Shown here piece after piece: positions 1-9,003 of a stretch of 64,000 bases of DNA; the first letter of the stretch is position 1, and each line of letters opens with the position of its first letter. The notes below the pieces were generated by a model, which made no database searches, had not been told where the DNA came from, and saw only the letters and a list, made by a program, of their open reading frames with translations. Made by a program: the position numbers and the translations under genes. The DNA is taken from the NCBI GenBank assembly GCA_046723735.1, contig JBKOVB010000113.1, positions 2,333-66,332 of the forward strand, given 5' to 3'. The stretch comes from Actinomycetota bacterium. Its GTDB lineage: Bacteria; Actinomycetota; Actinomycetes; Mycobacteriales; SCTD01.

Positions 1-264
1 GAAGGCGAAGTCCTGGGGTCTCATGGCGCGAGCCGAGCCGACCTGCGCGGCCTCCTGGCCGAGCAGCGCGGCCCAGATGCCGAGCTCTCCCTGGCGCTGC
101 AGGGCGGTGGCCTCGACGTCGAAGCGACGGACGAGCACCAGGTCGCGGTAGAAGGCGCGGTACTCGTCGTCGGTCAGGTCGACGTCGTAGTCAGGGTGGT
201 GGACCCGCTCACCTTCCGGGGTGAGGAGCTGGACGAGCGGGGCCGTGCTGTCGGCGGCGGTCAC
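1..264 (-). CDS. pdhA: Pyruvate/2-oxoacid dehydrogenase E1 alpha subunit, 5' part (runs off window)
   Basis: Manual translation from GTG at 264 (GGAG RBS): MTAADSTAPLVQLLTPEGERV...YRDLVLVRRFDVEATALQRQGELGIWAALLGQEAAQVGS; LQRQG and GQEAAQVG are E1-alpha motifs. Not in the ORF track. Confidence 0.9.
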   Translation of the reverse strand, partial: MTAADSTAPLVQLLTPEGERVHHPDYDVDLTDDEYRAFYRDLVLVRRFDVEATALQRQGELGIWAALLGQEAAQVGSARAMRPQDFAF

Positions 265-334
265 GGGGTCCTCCGGGGCTCGGCTGCCTGTGGCCTGATC
301 CTGGCACGACTCGCCGCTGGGTGTGACCCAGATC

Positions 335-853
335 TCAGGGGTGCTTGCCCTGGCCCAGGTGCTTGCCGTTGTCGTCCGGGTGAGGTGGGTGCACAGGGTG
401 CACAGGGTGCACCGGGTGGGCAGGGTGCGGCTTGCGGCCCAGCCACTCGGCGGGCGGCTGCACGCTCGGTACCAGGACAGGGCCGGAGGGCGCACTCGGC
501 TCCGGGACGGGCTGCGGGAGCGGTGCGGGGTTGTGGACCGCCACCGCCACCTGCCGGTCGGGGTCGGCCGAGGCTGCGGGCTCCGCCGTCGCCGGCACCC
601 GCACCGGTGCCGCGACCGTGGTCAGCGGGGGCGTCACCTGTCGCGTCGTCGTGGGCGAGACGCTCCCCGGCGGCCGCTGCACGAACAGCGGCGGCGCGGG
701 CCGTGGGGAGGTCGTCGCCGGGGAGGGCGTCGTGGAGCGGTGAGGCGCGAGGGTGCCGGTGCCGTTGGAGATGAGCACGGCCGTCCCGGCCGAGGCCAGG
801 CCGACCAGGGCGACCGTGGTCGCGCCGATCACAAGCCGGGATCCATCGGGCAC
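335..853 (-). CDS. Pro/Thr-rich secreted or membrane-anchored protein with His-Pro C-terminal tail
   Basis: Real part of ORF 335..2968; GTG at 853 after AGGGAAGGA; hydrophobic N-terminus, P/T/S-rich body, tail HPAHPVHPVHPVHPPHPDDNGKHLGQGKHP. Confidence 0.6.
   Translation of the reverse strand: MPDGSRLVIGATTVALVGLASAGTAVLISNGTGTLAPHRSTTPSPATTSPRPAPPLFVQRPPGSVSPTTTRQVTPPLTTVAAPVRVPATAEPAASADPDRQVAVAVHNPAPLPQPVPEPSAPSGPVLVPSVQPPAEWLGRKPHPAHPVHPVHPVHPPHPDDNGKHLGQGKHP
387..431. repeat. 9-bp tandem repeat (GGGTGCACA-like, 5 units, last two degenerate) encoding H-P-x repeats
   Basis: gggtgcaca gggtgcaca gggtgcacc gggtgggca gggtgcggc. Confidence 0.8.
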
Positions 854-951
854 GTGTGGGGTCCTTCCCTCACGAAACGCCACCAAACGGGGACGCTGCG
901 TGCACTGTGAGGATGCACCCGTTCGCCGTAACGCCGACAGGGCCGAACGGG

Positions 952-1410
952 CTACTTCTCCGCTTCGGCCTTGATCGCCGCGAGGGTGTGCTCCATACCG
1001 CGCGCCGTCGCGGCCTCCCGGTCGAGCACGCCGGTGGCGAGACCCGCGGGGGTCTTGAACCAGCCCGGGCGCTCGTCCACCCAGCTCTCGGTGAGGCTGA
1101 CGCCGCCGTCGACGGGCTCGAGGTCGTAGGTCCAGCGCGCCACCGGGATGCCGAACGATGTGACCCGGAACGAGAACGTCCGTCCCGGCTCGGCCTGCTC
1201 CACCCGGCACGTCGTGGACCAGCGGCGCCAGCCGTTGCGGTTCCGGCCGCGGAACCGGACGCCAGGCGCCGGGCCGGTGGCCCCGCCGAGCCAGCGGCCC
1301 CCGGTGTTCTCGGGGCTGAGCCGACCCATGCCGGGGAGGTCGCTCACGAGGGCGTAGATCTTCTCCGGCGTTGCGCTGACGAGGGCGGTGCGGCTCAGGC
1401 GGCTGCTCAT
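952..1410 (-). CDS. SRPBCC (polyketide cyclase/dehydrase-like) family protein
   Basis: ATPEKIYALVSDL..MGRLSPE..G.RFRGRNR..WSTTC.V..AEPGR.FSF pattern. Confidence 0.85.
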   Translation of the reverse strand: MSSRLSRTALVSATPEKIYALVSDLPGMGRLSPENTGGRWLGGATGPAPGVRFRGRNRNGWRRWSTTCRVEQAEPGRTFSFRVTSFGIPVARWTYDLEPVDGGVSLTESWVDERPGWFKTPAGLATGVLDREAATARGMEHTLAAIKAEAEK

Positions 1411-1441
1411 AGCGCCGGAGAGTACTGACTACGGTTGTCCC

Positions 1442-3109
1442 GTGACCTGGCCGCGCCCCGTGCCCCTGATCGGCGACACGACGTCGGCCGCCGACCGGGC
1501 CGCCGCCCCGGATGCCTGGGCGTTCTCCCCGGCGGCGCGTGAGGCACTCCAGGACGTGATCGCCGCCCGCCGCGACGTGCGGCGCTACCGCCCCGACGCG
1601 GTGCCCGACGAGGTCCTCGAACGCGTGCTCGCCGCCGGCCACCGCGCACCTTCGGTGGGCCACTCCCAGCCCTGGCGCTTCGTCGTCGTTCGCGATCCTG
1701 CGCTGCGGGAGCGTGCCGCGTGGATGGCCGACCAGGAGCGGCTCGCCCAGGCCGCGCAGCTTGCCCCCGAGTCGGCCCGGCAGCTGCTCGACCTGCAGCT
1801 CGAGGGGATCCGCGAGGCGCCGCTCGGCGTCGTGGTGTGCTGCGACCGCCGTACGCCGGCAGCCGGCGTCCTCGGCCGGGCGACCTTTCCCGACGCCGAC
1901 CTGTGGTCGTGCGCGTGCGCCATCCAGAACCTGTGGCTCGCCAGCCGCGCCGAGGGCCTGGGCATGGGATGGGTCACGCTGTTCGACCCGGAGGCGCTCG
2001 GCGACCTGCTGGGCCTGCCGGACGGCGTCACGACCCTCGGCTGGCTGTGCCTGGGCTGGCCCGACGAGCGTCCGCCGGCCCCAGGCCTCGAGCGCGCAGG
2101 TTGGTCCAGCCGGCTGCCGCTCGCCGACGTGGTCCTGACGGACCGCTGGTCCGAGACCGCGCCGCCCGCCTCCCACCTGCGCGCACCCTCGCAGCAGCAG
2201 GTCGTCGGTGCCCGCGACGAGTCCGACCGGCTCCTCACGCCTCCCGGGTCGCTGGGCGTGCTCGACCGCGCGGTCGACCGAGCAGTCGCGCTCGGCCACG
2301 TCTCCCTGACGGCAGGCGTGCTGGTGCTCGCCGCCGGGCGGCACCCCGTGACCGACCTCGGCGTGTCCGCCTTCGAGCCGTCGGTCACCGACGACGTGCT
2401 CGCGGCGGCAGACGCCGGAAGCGCCGTGGGCACCGTGGCGGCGGCGGCGGCGGGGCTGCGGTCCGTCGTCGTCGACTGCGGTACGGCGACAGGAGACCTC
2501 CTCCACGACGACGCCCTCTCGCCCGATGCGGTCACCGAGCTCGTGGCGCGCGGCCGTTCGCTCGGCAGCTCCTTGGGCCCCGACGGGCTGGTGGCGCTGG
2601 GCGAGGTCGGCATCGGCAACACCACCGTGGCGGCCGCGCTGTCCGCCGTACTCCTCGGGGTGCCGGCGCAGGACGTGGTGGGGCTCGGGTCCGGGGCGGA
2701 CACCGCGATGCTGGTCCGCAAGCGGGAGGTCGTCGCGGGGGCGCTGGCCCGCGTCGGCTCGGTCAACAGCCCGCTGCGTGCGCTGGCCGCGGTGGGCGGG
2801 CCGGAGGTGGCCTTCCTGACCGGGGTGACGCTCGGGGCCGCCTCGGCCGGCGTGGTCGTGGTGCTCGACGGGCTGCTCACCTCGGTCGCGGCGCTGTGCG
2901 CGGTGCTGCTCGAACCCGCGGTGGCGCAGCACCTGGTGGCCGGCCAGCGCAGCCGCGAACGGGCCCACGCCTTGGTGCTGGAGCGCCTGGGCCTCGAGCC
3001 GCTGCTCGACCTACGGTTGCGCGCCGGCGAGGGCGCGGGGGCCTGCCTGGCGGCGCAGCTGCTGCTGTCAGGTTTGCGGGTACGGCGGGAGACCGCCCGC
3101 ACCTCCTGA
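1442..3109 (+). CDS. bluB: 5,6-dimethylbenzimidazole synthase fused to nicotinate-nucleotide-DMB phosphoribosyltransferase (BluB-CobT)
   Basis: N-terminal nitroreductase fold (RRDVRRY, APSVGHSQPWRF, CAIQNLWLASRAEGLGMGWV) followed by CobT motifs (PPGSLGVL, GEVGIGNTT, GGPE, LDLRLRAGEGAGA). GTG 1442 lies 6 nt after TACGGT. Confidence 0.9.
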   Translation: MTWPRPVPLIGDTTSAADRAAAPDAWAFSPAAREALQDVIAARRDVRRYRPDAVPDEVLERVLAAGHRAPSVGHSQPWRFVVVRDPALRERAAWMADQERLAQAAQLAPESARQLLDLQLEGIREAPLGVVVCCDRRTPAAGVLGRATFPDADLWSCACAIQNLWLASRAEGLGMGWVTLFDPEALGDLLGLPDGVTTLGWLCLGWPDERPPAPGLERAGWSSRLPLADVVLTDRWSETAPPASHLRAPSQQQVVGARDESDRLLTPPGSLGVLDRAVDRAVALGHVSLTAGVLVLAAGRHPVTDLGVSAFEPSVTDDVLAAADAGSAVGTVAAAAAGLRSVVVDCGTATGDLLHDDALSPDAVTELVARGRSLGSSLGPDGLVALGEVGIGNTTVAAALSAVLLGVPAQDVVGLGSGADTAMLVRKREVVAGALARVGSVNSPLRALAAVGGPEVAFLTGVTLGAASAGVVVVLDGLLTSVAALCAVLLEPAVAQHLVAGQRSRERAHALVLERLGLEPLLDLRLRAGEGAGACLAAQLLLSGLRVRRETARTS

Positions 3110-3159
3110 CCCGCTCCTCCCTTACGTCCTCACGATGTGCCCAAAGGTCCGCGTGAGCG

Positions 3160-4221
3160 TTAGGGCGCAGCGAGGGGGACGGTCCCCTGAGCGCTCGGCA
3201 GGCCGGGGCCGGTCATCTCCCACCGGACCGTCAGCGTCACCGCGGCGTCGTCTGGCACCTGTAGGCGCATCTCGTACCGAACCGTCTGCCCCGCTGCGAT
3301 CGAGCTGACCGTCGCGCAGTTGAGCGTGTAGCTCTCCTTGGTGGGCGCTTCGAGGTAGGACGGGCACCAGCGGTCGAAGCTGACCGGCTCGTTCGTCGGG
3401 TTGGTGAGGTCGACGACGTAGACCAGAGGCTCGCCGGCCTTCGCCGTCTGCGGCAGCTCCAAGGAGGCGGCCAGGTCGCTCAGCGGGTCGTGCGGCGCCA
3501 CCGGCGCCTGCTCCTCGACGTAGAACCGCGTGAGGTGCAGGCCGCAGGTGAGGTTCAGACCGTCCGTCGGGCCCGCCGGCGTGACGGTTCCGCCGCCGGT
3601 GAGCGTGATGTCGACGTGGTGGTACAGCTGAGCCGGCTTCGCGCCGGCAGGGTTGGCGGGGCACAGCGAGTCTGTCTGCAGCCCGAGGAGCGTGGTGCCG
3701 CCCGGTGCCATGTTCGCGGTCGTCGACTGCGGGAAGTAGCTGCCGTTCGTCGCGACGACGTCGGGCTTCCCGGGCTCGGATGCGGTCACCCTGGCCGGGA
3801 ACCCCTTCAGCACGCACGTCGAGCTGCTGGTGTTGCGGAACACGACGTAGTTCACCAGGTGTCCGGTCGCACCGTCTCGGCCGTCAAACGACGCGGTGAC
3901 GTCCCCCGCCGTGCAGTCACGCGCGTCCGTGGGGACCGGCCCTGATGGCGCGGGCGGTGCCTGGTACGGCGTGGGCGGGAGGTCCACCCAGGGCACGGTG
4001 CCGGTGAGGTCGACCCCGGTCGCGACCCGAGTGCTCGGGGGCGACGACGGCAGCGTCAGCGCGACCCCTCCGACGACGCCCGCGACGGCCACGACACCGA
4101 CGGCCGTCGCCCAGCGGGCGGCCCTGCGGCGACGCACCCGTCGTACGACGTCGTCGAACGCCACCCCCTCGGAGGGCGGCGCTGCCTCGTGCAGCAGCGC
4201 GGCGAGCCGCTCCTCACCCAT
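3160..4221 (-). CDS. Membrane-anchored anti-sigma-like protein with DUF4232-like extracytoplasmic domain
   Basis: Overlaps the ECF sigma stop; short cytoplasmic N-terminus, RRRRR + TM helix, then C..GD....DGATGH..VVFRNTSSSTCVLKGFP. Confidence 0.65.
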   Translation of the reverse strand: MGEERLAALLHEAAPPSEGVAFDDVVRRVRRRRAARWATAVGVVAVAGVVGGVALTLPSSPPSTRVATGVDLTGTVPWVDLPPTPYQAPPAPSGPVPTDARDCTAGDVTASFDGRDGATGHLVNYVVFRNTSSSTCVLKGFPARVTASEPGKPDVVATNGSYFPQSTTANMAPGGTTLLGLQTDSLCPANPAGAKPAQLYHHVDITLTGGGTVTPAGPTDGLNLTCGLHLTRFYVEEQAPVAPHDPLSDLAASLELPQTAKAGEPLVYVVDLTNPTNEPVSFDRWCPSYLEAPTKESYTLNCATVSSIAAGQTVRYEMRLQVPDDAAVTLTVRWEMTGPGLPSAQGTVPLAAP

Positions 4222-4714
4222 GGCTGGCCTCCTCGTCCCAGACTCCTCCGAGCGGGCACTGACGAAGCTTGCCGAGCGCCTTGGCGCTCTGGCTCTTCAC
4301 GGTGCCGACGGAGCACCCCATCGCCTGCGCGGTCTGCGCCTCGGTGAGGTCGTCGAAGTAGCGGAGCACCACGACTGCCCGCTGACGCGGCGGCAGCGAC
4401 AGCAGCGCCTGGCGCACCGCGCTGCGAAGGTCCGCGTCGGCGAACGCGTCGCCCGGCACAGGGCGGTCCGGCAGGGAGCCGGGCGCCGTCTCGGCCCGGC
4501 GACGACGACGGGCACTGACGAAGCTGGTCACGATGACCCGTCGTACGTAGGCCTCGGGCGCGTCCAGGCGCGCCCAGCGGTTCCAGGTCTTGGCCAGCGC
4601 CGTCTGCACCAGGTCCTCCGCCTCGCCTCTGTCACCCGTGAGCAGCCAGGCGTGGCGGACGAGCGCGCCCGATCGCGCGACGACGAAGTCGCGGAACCCC
4701 TCCGGCTCACGCAC
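4214..4714 (-). CDS. ECF RNA polymerase sigma factor, SigE-like family
   Basis: FRDFVVARS..LVRHAWLLTGD..EAEDLVQTAL; LPPRQRAVVVLRYFDDLTEAQTA..MGCSVGTVKSQ; GTG 4714 with GGAGG RBS. Confidence 0.9.
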   Translation of the reverse strand: MREPEGFRDFVVARSGALVRHAWLLTGDRGEAEDLVQTALAKTWNRWARLDAPEAYVRRVIVTSFVSARRRRRAETAPGSLPDRPVPGDAFADADLRSAVRQALLSLPPRQRAVVVLRYFDDLTEAQTAQAMGCSVGTVKSQSAKALGKLRQCPLGGVWDEEASHG

Positions 4715-4740
4715 AGGCCACCTCCGGTGCTCATCCTGGT

Positions 4741-4768
4741 AGACGCACGCGCCGTCGCGGAGGGTTGC
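4741..4768 (-). promoter_or_regulatory. Putative ECF-sigma (autoregulatory) promoter GCAACC-N17-CGTCT
   Basis: Minus strand GCAACC CTCCGCGACGGCGCGTG CGTCT, ~27 nt upstream of the sigma gene; matches the AAC/CGTC ECF consensus. Confidence 0.55.
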
Positions 4769-4895
4769 CCGGGCGGGGCGCGTTGCTCCTGGCACCAATT
4801 TTTCTGCCGCAGCAGGAGACGACGCGGCCACGTCGAAAGAGGACGACCACGAGCGCGGTGTGCTGCGGCCCAGGGCTGCAAGCCGCGCCAAGTCC

Positions 4896-4928
4896 AGCGG
4901 GGCGCTTCCGGGGGGAGGCGCCCCGCTG
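4896..4928. terminator. GC-rich hairpin, probable terminator
   Basis: CAGCGGGGCGCTTCC-GGG-GGAGGCGCCCCGCTG downstream of the 5037-8668 minus-strand operon. Confidence 0.55.
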
Positions 4929-5036
4929 TCGTTGCCCGGTCAGGTCGAGCAGGCTGTCGCCGTCGAGGAAGGCGAGGCCGCCGATGTCGGCGGACCCAGC
5001 CGTACTCCCCCCAGAACGTGAGCCGGTCCGACGCCA

Positions 5037-5903
5037 TCAACCGCCCGCGCCGGCGTGGTCTCGTCGTTGCGGCACCCTCGCTCCCCGGGTGGCCGCGGCC
5101 TGCTCACCTCGTCGAATCGCGTCGACGACACCCTCGATGAACGCGTCCGGCGCGTCGTACGGCGCCGCATGCGCGGCTCCGGTGATCTCGCGCGGTCGCG
5201 CGGTGGGGATCGCGTCGCTCAGCGCGCGCATCGCCGAGCGCATGTAGGTGCGGCTGCGAGACCCGTAGGTGCAGACGACCGGTGCCGTGACCTTCGCCAG
5301 ATCCGAAGCGCGGGGGCGTTCGCCAAGGGTGCTGTGCAGGTCGGCGATGACGGATCGCCCGTTGTCGCGGGCGGTGCGTCGCCACGACTCAGGGAAGGCG
5401 TCCCAGGCGCTGCCGCCGTCGCGATAGCCGTACACGTAGCGCAGCAGCACCTCGGCGGCGTCGGCATGGCGGCTGCGCAGGGCCAACCACTCCACCCGGG
5501 CGAGCGTGGCCAGCGCCGAGGCGGTGGGATGGCGCAGCGCTCGCCACGGCGCCTCGTGGACGAGCACGGCCAGGACGAGGTCGGGACGGCGCACGGCGAG
5601 ATCCAACGCGATGGTCGCCCCGGCGCTCGTCCCCACCACGACCGCGGGCGCCGAGGTCAGCGCTCCCAGCACCGCCGCTGCGTCGCGGGTGTGCACCGCG
5701 GCGGAGCGCACGACGCCGCCACCGGAGCGGGTGTAACCGCGCCGGTCGTAGGCGATGACCCGGCCGACGGCAGCCAGCCCGTCGACGACGTCCCCCCAGG
5801 TCGAGGCGGTGGCACCGGAGGGAGGGATCAGCAGGATCGGCGGGCCGGCGCGGCCCTTCTCCTCGTAGTAGAGCCTGGCTCCGCCTGCGTCGACGTACGC
5901 CAT
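5037..5903 (-). CDS. Alpha/beta fold hydrolase
   Basis: RVIAYDRRGYTRS, GTSAG nucleophile elbow, C-terminal GAAH. Confidence 0.85.
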   Translation of the reverse strand: MAYVDAGGARLYYEEKGRAGPPILLIPPSGATASTWGDVVDGLAAVGRVIAYDRRGYTRSGGGVVRSAAVHTRDAAAVLGALTSAPAVVVGTSAGATIALDLAVRRPDLVLAVLVHEAPWRALRHPTASALATLARVEWLALRSRHADAAEVLLRYVYGYRDGGSAWDAFPESWRRTARDNGRSVIADLHSTLGERPRASDLAKVTAPVVCTYGSRSRTYMRSAMRALSDAIPTARPREITGAAHAAPYDAPDAFIEGVVDAIRRGEQAAATRGARVPQRRDHAGAGG

Positions 5904-5940
5904 GACCGGCCCTCCCTGTCTGTTTCCTCCGCGTTGACGG

Positions 5941-6372
5941 CTAGGCAGGCGGGGGCGCCGGGATGAGCCCGAGCTGCACGAGGACGGCCACGTTGTCGTA
6001 GTAGAGGTTGTCGACGACCATCAGCCCGTCGTGGACCTGCACCATCTCCATCCCTCTGATCTCCACCCGGTTGGCGGTCGGAGCGATGGTGGTGCCCTCC
6101 GGCAGCGTGAGCGCGCCGGTGTGCATGCCGGCGAAGACGAACTCGTCCGCGAAGAGGTCGCCTCGCTCGACGTAGCTCACCAGCGTGAAGCTGAAGTCGG
6201 AGAACGCCGCGAGCTCGCGGGCGAACCGGTCGCGGATCTCGGCGCGGCCCTTGAAGGTGCCCTCGGGTGTGGTGAGCACGGCGTCAGGGCTGTAGAGGTC
6301 GACGTACCCGTCGAGGTCGCCGGCGTTGTAGATCTCGACCGCACGGTCGAGCAGATCGCGGTTGCTCGTCAT
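5941..6372 (-). CDS. SnoaL-like ester cyclase / NTF2 family protein
   Basis: YNAGDLDGYVDLYSPDAV..GRAEIR..GMHTG..DG...YYD. Confidence 0.8.
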   Translation of the reverse strand: MTSNRDLLDRAVEIYNAGDLDGYVDLYSPDAVLTTPEGTFKGRAEIRDRFARELAAFSDFSFTLVSYVERGDLFADEFVFAGMHTGALTLPEGTTIAPTANRVEIRGMEMVQVHDGLMVVDNLYYDNVAVLVQLGLIPAPPPA

Positions 6373-6379
6373 CGCCGTC

Positions 6380-7063
6380 TCACCTCGCAGCCAGCGCGCG
6401 GACGAGGGCGTCCTCCCACGCGTCGTCCTGCTGGAAGTTCGCGTTGCCTTCGCGCATCAGGTCGGCGACCCACCACAGCGAGTAGAGGCCGAGCGTGAAC
6501 ACCACGGCGATGATGCGCCCGACGTAGTTGTGCGGCTGCTTTGTAGCCGGGGTCGGCACCGGCAGCGACACCCCGAGCTCGGTGAAGGCTTCGGTGATCC
6601 CGGCTGCGGCGGCGCGCTCGTGCCGCTCGTGGCGGACCAGGTCCTGGTCGATCAAGATCGCGCCGGCGAGCCAGACGAGCCCACCTCCGACGATGCTGAA
6701 CAGCAGCCAGAGCGCCGGTTCCCGAAAGTCACCGGTCATCGAGCGGAGCGGCTGGACGTCGCGACCGATCTGCTCGAACTGCGGCCGCATCGCCTCGGCG
6801 CGTCCCTGGTCGACGGCGCGGTCCCAGGCGATCTCGTTCGCGGCCTGAAGCAGATCCGCCCGACGCCGGTTGTGGTCGCGAGAGCGCTGGATCATCCGGT
6901 AGAAGACGTAGAACGAGTAGAGACCGAGCGAGAGCACGGTCCAGCCGAACGCCGTCCAGAAGTTGAACACGTAGTCGGTGGCGGAGCGCTCACCGACGGT
7001 CCGCCTGAGCTGCTCCGCCGCTGTCGGCGCTGGCACTGTCATGGGGCTCGTCATCTCACTCAC
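6380..7063 (-). CDS. Membrane protein with two DUF4234-like repeats
   Basis: Two copies of the (S/T)LGLYS.YW-type TM motif (LSLGLYSFYVFY; FTLGLYSLWWV). Confidence 0.55.
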   Translation of the reverse strand: MSEMTSPMTVPAPTAAEQLRRTVGERSATDYVFNFWTAFGWTVLSLGLYSFYVFYRMIQRSRDHNRRRADLLQAANEIAWDRAVDQGRAEAMRPQFEQIGRDVQPLRSMTGDFREPALWLLFSIVGGGLVWLAGAILIDQDLVRHERHERAAAAGITEAFTELGVSLPVPTPATKQPHNYVGRIIAVVFTLGLYSLWWVADLMREGNANFQQDDAWEDALVRALAAR

Positions 7064-7065
7064 CG

Positions 7066-7440
7066 TCAGACCGTCGGCTCGAGCTCGAGGCCTTGCAGGA
7101 ACGACCAGCTGCTGATGCCGCCGGCGTGCTTCTCGGCGAGTGCGACGAGTGTCGGCGACACCTCGCCGTACGCCGTCATCCGATGGCCCGACGCGTACTT
7201 CGCGAACAGCTCGGCGCGGGCGTCCATGATGTGCCGGTTGTGCTCGAACAGGCCTTCTTCGCTCTTGTACGCCTCGTGCACCTCACACTCGGTGCCGTCG
7301 GCGCTGATGAACCAGTCGTAGCGCAGCGTCTGGGTGTCGAGCTCCTTGGTCAGCCGCATGATCTCGGCCGCCTGGGCCTTGAACCCCTCCAGCCCCCCCG
7401 GCCGGATCTTCAGCTGCGCGCGCAGCTCCAGGTGACTCAT
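7066..7440 (-). CDS. ABM-like (putative quinol monooxygenase) dimeric alpha/beta barrel protein
   Basis: MSHLELRAQLKIRPGGLEGFK..TLRYDWFISADGTECEVHEAY; ATG 7440 with GAGGAGG RBS. Confidence 0.7.
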   Translation of the reverse strand: MSHLELRAQLKIRPGGLEGFKAQAAEIMRLTKELDTQTLRYDWFISADGTECEVHEAYKSEEGLFEHNRHIMDARAELFAKYASGHRMTAYGEVSPTLVALAEKHAGGISSWSFLQGLELEPTV

Positions 7441-7454
7441 GACTCCTCCTCGGC

Positions 7455-7934
7455 TCACGCGATCGTCTTGGGGACGTGGCCGTTCAGCGAGTAGATGGTG
7501 CGCATCACCTTGTGTCCGAAGTCGGCGGTGCCGTCGAACATGCACGGGCAGCCGCCGTCGATGACCGTGATGCCGTTGGCGCGTCCGTACTCCGTCGCCG
7601 TCGGCGACACGCTGCCCCCGCCGGTGGACCGGTGCATCCAGACATGCTTGATGCCGAGCTCGGCGCACTCGCGCATCGTCGCGTCGGCGACCTCCGGACG
7701 GGTGCCGATGACGACCGCGTCGACACCACCGGGGATCGACGTCAGGTCGTGGTAGCAGACGTCGTTCTCGACGTTGTCGGCGTTGGGGTTGACGGCGAAG
7801 ACGTCGTACCCGCGCTGCCGCAGCCGCTGGTAGACGACATTGCTGCCGTGACCCTTCGGGTGCCGGGAGACGCCGGTGACGGCGATGCGGCGGTTGGCGA
7901 GGAAGTCGTCCGCTGCCTCCTTGATGGTCTTCAT
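7455..7934 (-). CDS. CoA-binding protein (YccU-like)
   Basis: RIAVTGVSR..K..NVVYQRL..GYDVFAVNP..VDAVVI..GIKHVWMH..GGCPCM. Confidence 0.85.
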   Translation of the reverse strand: MKTIKEAADDFLANRRIAVTGVSRHPKGHGSNVVYQRLRQRGYDVFAVNPNADNVENDVCYHDLTSIPGGVDAVVIGTRPEVADATMRECAELGIKHVWMHRSTGGGSVSPTATEYGRANGITVIDGGCPCMFDGTADFGHKVMRTIYSLNGHVPKTIA

Positions 7935-8668
7935 GAGCGTCCCTCCTTGCGGATGCGTGCGAGAGGTACGGCGATCAGGCTGGCCGCTGCGACCAGCAGC
8001 AGCCCGCCGGCGACGAACAGCGCGACCGCGACCCAGACCAGGCCGGGCAACGTCGCGCCGATGTCAGCGGTGACGCTGACTCCGCGGGTGGCGTCCGGGT
8101 GCATGACCACGACGGTCGTGTCGCTCCGCGGGTCCCAGGCGAGCGACTGGGTGCCGGTGCCGGACACCTGGTGGGTCCAGATGCTCCTCGCGCCCGGGGC
8201 GGTCGGCGGCGCCGTACCGGCCGCCGGCAGCTGATCGGTCTCGAAGGGGAACCAACCGGTGACGACGGTGCGGTCGACCCCGGTGAGGTACTGGTCGACC
8301 GCAGACGCCGGCGCGACCCCGATGAACACGGCGCTGCCGTCGGTCGTCGTGGCCCGCAGCCGCACGTCACCGAGCGAGCCGGCGTAGGCCCGGTCGGCCA
8401 GCTCGGCGAACTCGTCGCTGGTGATGACGTAGCCGCCGGTGCTGATGGTGTGGCTGCTGGCGTTGACGTAACCGGTCGCGTCGCGGTCGGCGTTGGTCTC
8501 CCAGGTCGCCAGGCCACCGAAGCTCAGCAGGGTGAGCGACAGCAGCGCGGCGAAGCAGCCGGCGACGAGGGAGACGATGCGTGCAGGGGTCCAGCCGCGG
8601 CCGTTGACCGGTGGTGATGGTGTGACGGCAGGCGGGGCCGACGGTTGGACGGACGGCGTCACAGACAT
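7931..8668 (-). CDS. Two-TM membrane protein (similar to the N-terminal half of DUF4389 proteins)
   Basis: GWTPARIVSLVAG TM, RDATGY, VFIGVAP..VDQYL.GV, GTGTQSLAW..VVVMHPDA.RGV; ATG 8668 with GGAGG RBS. Confidence 0.6.
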   Translation of the reverse strand: MSVTPSVQPSAPPAVTPSPPVNGRGWTPARIVSLVAGCFAALLSLTLLSFGGLATWETNADRDATGYVNASSHTISTGGYVITSDEFAELADRAYAGSLGDVRLRATTTDGSAVFIGVAPASAVDQYLTGVDRTVVTGWFPFETDQLPAAGTAPPTAPGARSIWTHQVSGTGTQSLAWDPRSDTTVVVMHPDATRGVSVTADIGATLPGLVWVAVALFVAGGLLLVAAASLIAVPLARIRKEGRS

Positions 8669-8892
8669 GACAACACCTCCCGCAAGGGCGCTGGACCGCG
8701 GGTCAGGCTTCGGACCTCGTGCTGGTGCCGGCACTGCCAGGCACGTCGTGACCGACGTCGCGCTGGCTGCCTCAACCGGACGCTGGGATGCGGGTGACGT
8801 CCCCCGGTGCGCCACCCGCGGTCACTCTCACCGCGAGCATGGCGTCCTCCCTTGGACGTAGAGAAGCCTCCAACCTTCCGCTGGTCGCAGCC

Positions 8893-8908
8893 AGGGTCGA
8901 AGGTCCCA
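8893..8908. promoter_or_regulatory. DosR/DevR-like box
   Basis: Minus strand TGGGACCTTCGACCCT matches GGGAC-N4-GNCCC, upstream of the 8668->5037 operon. Confidence 0.45.
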
Positions 8909-9003
8909 CGCTGGTGACCTGTCTGGCTGGCCCTCCGACGAGCCCTTGCGTCCTAGGGAGCGGGCAGGGCCTGCGGCCAGCCGCTGTGACACAACGAGGG
9001 GAC

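Noticed and set aside
854-2968. N-terminal ~700 aa of ORF 335..2968 (-)
   Set aside because: Antisense shadow of bluB-cobT and off-frame over the SRPBCC gene; only 335-853 looks like a real gene.
4806-4869. Hammerhead ribozyme (stem followed by GAAA)
   Set aside because: The CUGANGA core is absent.
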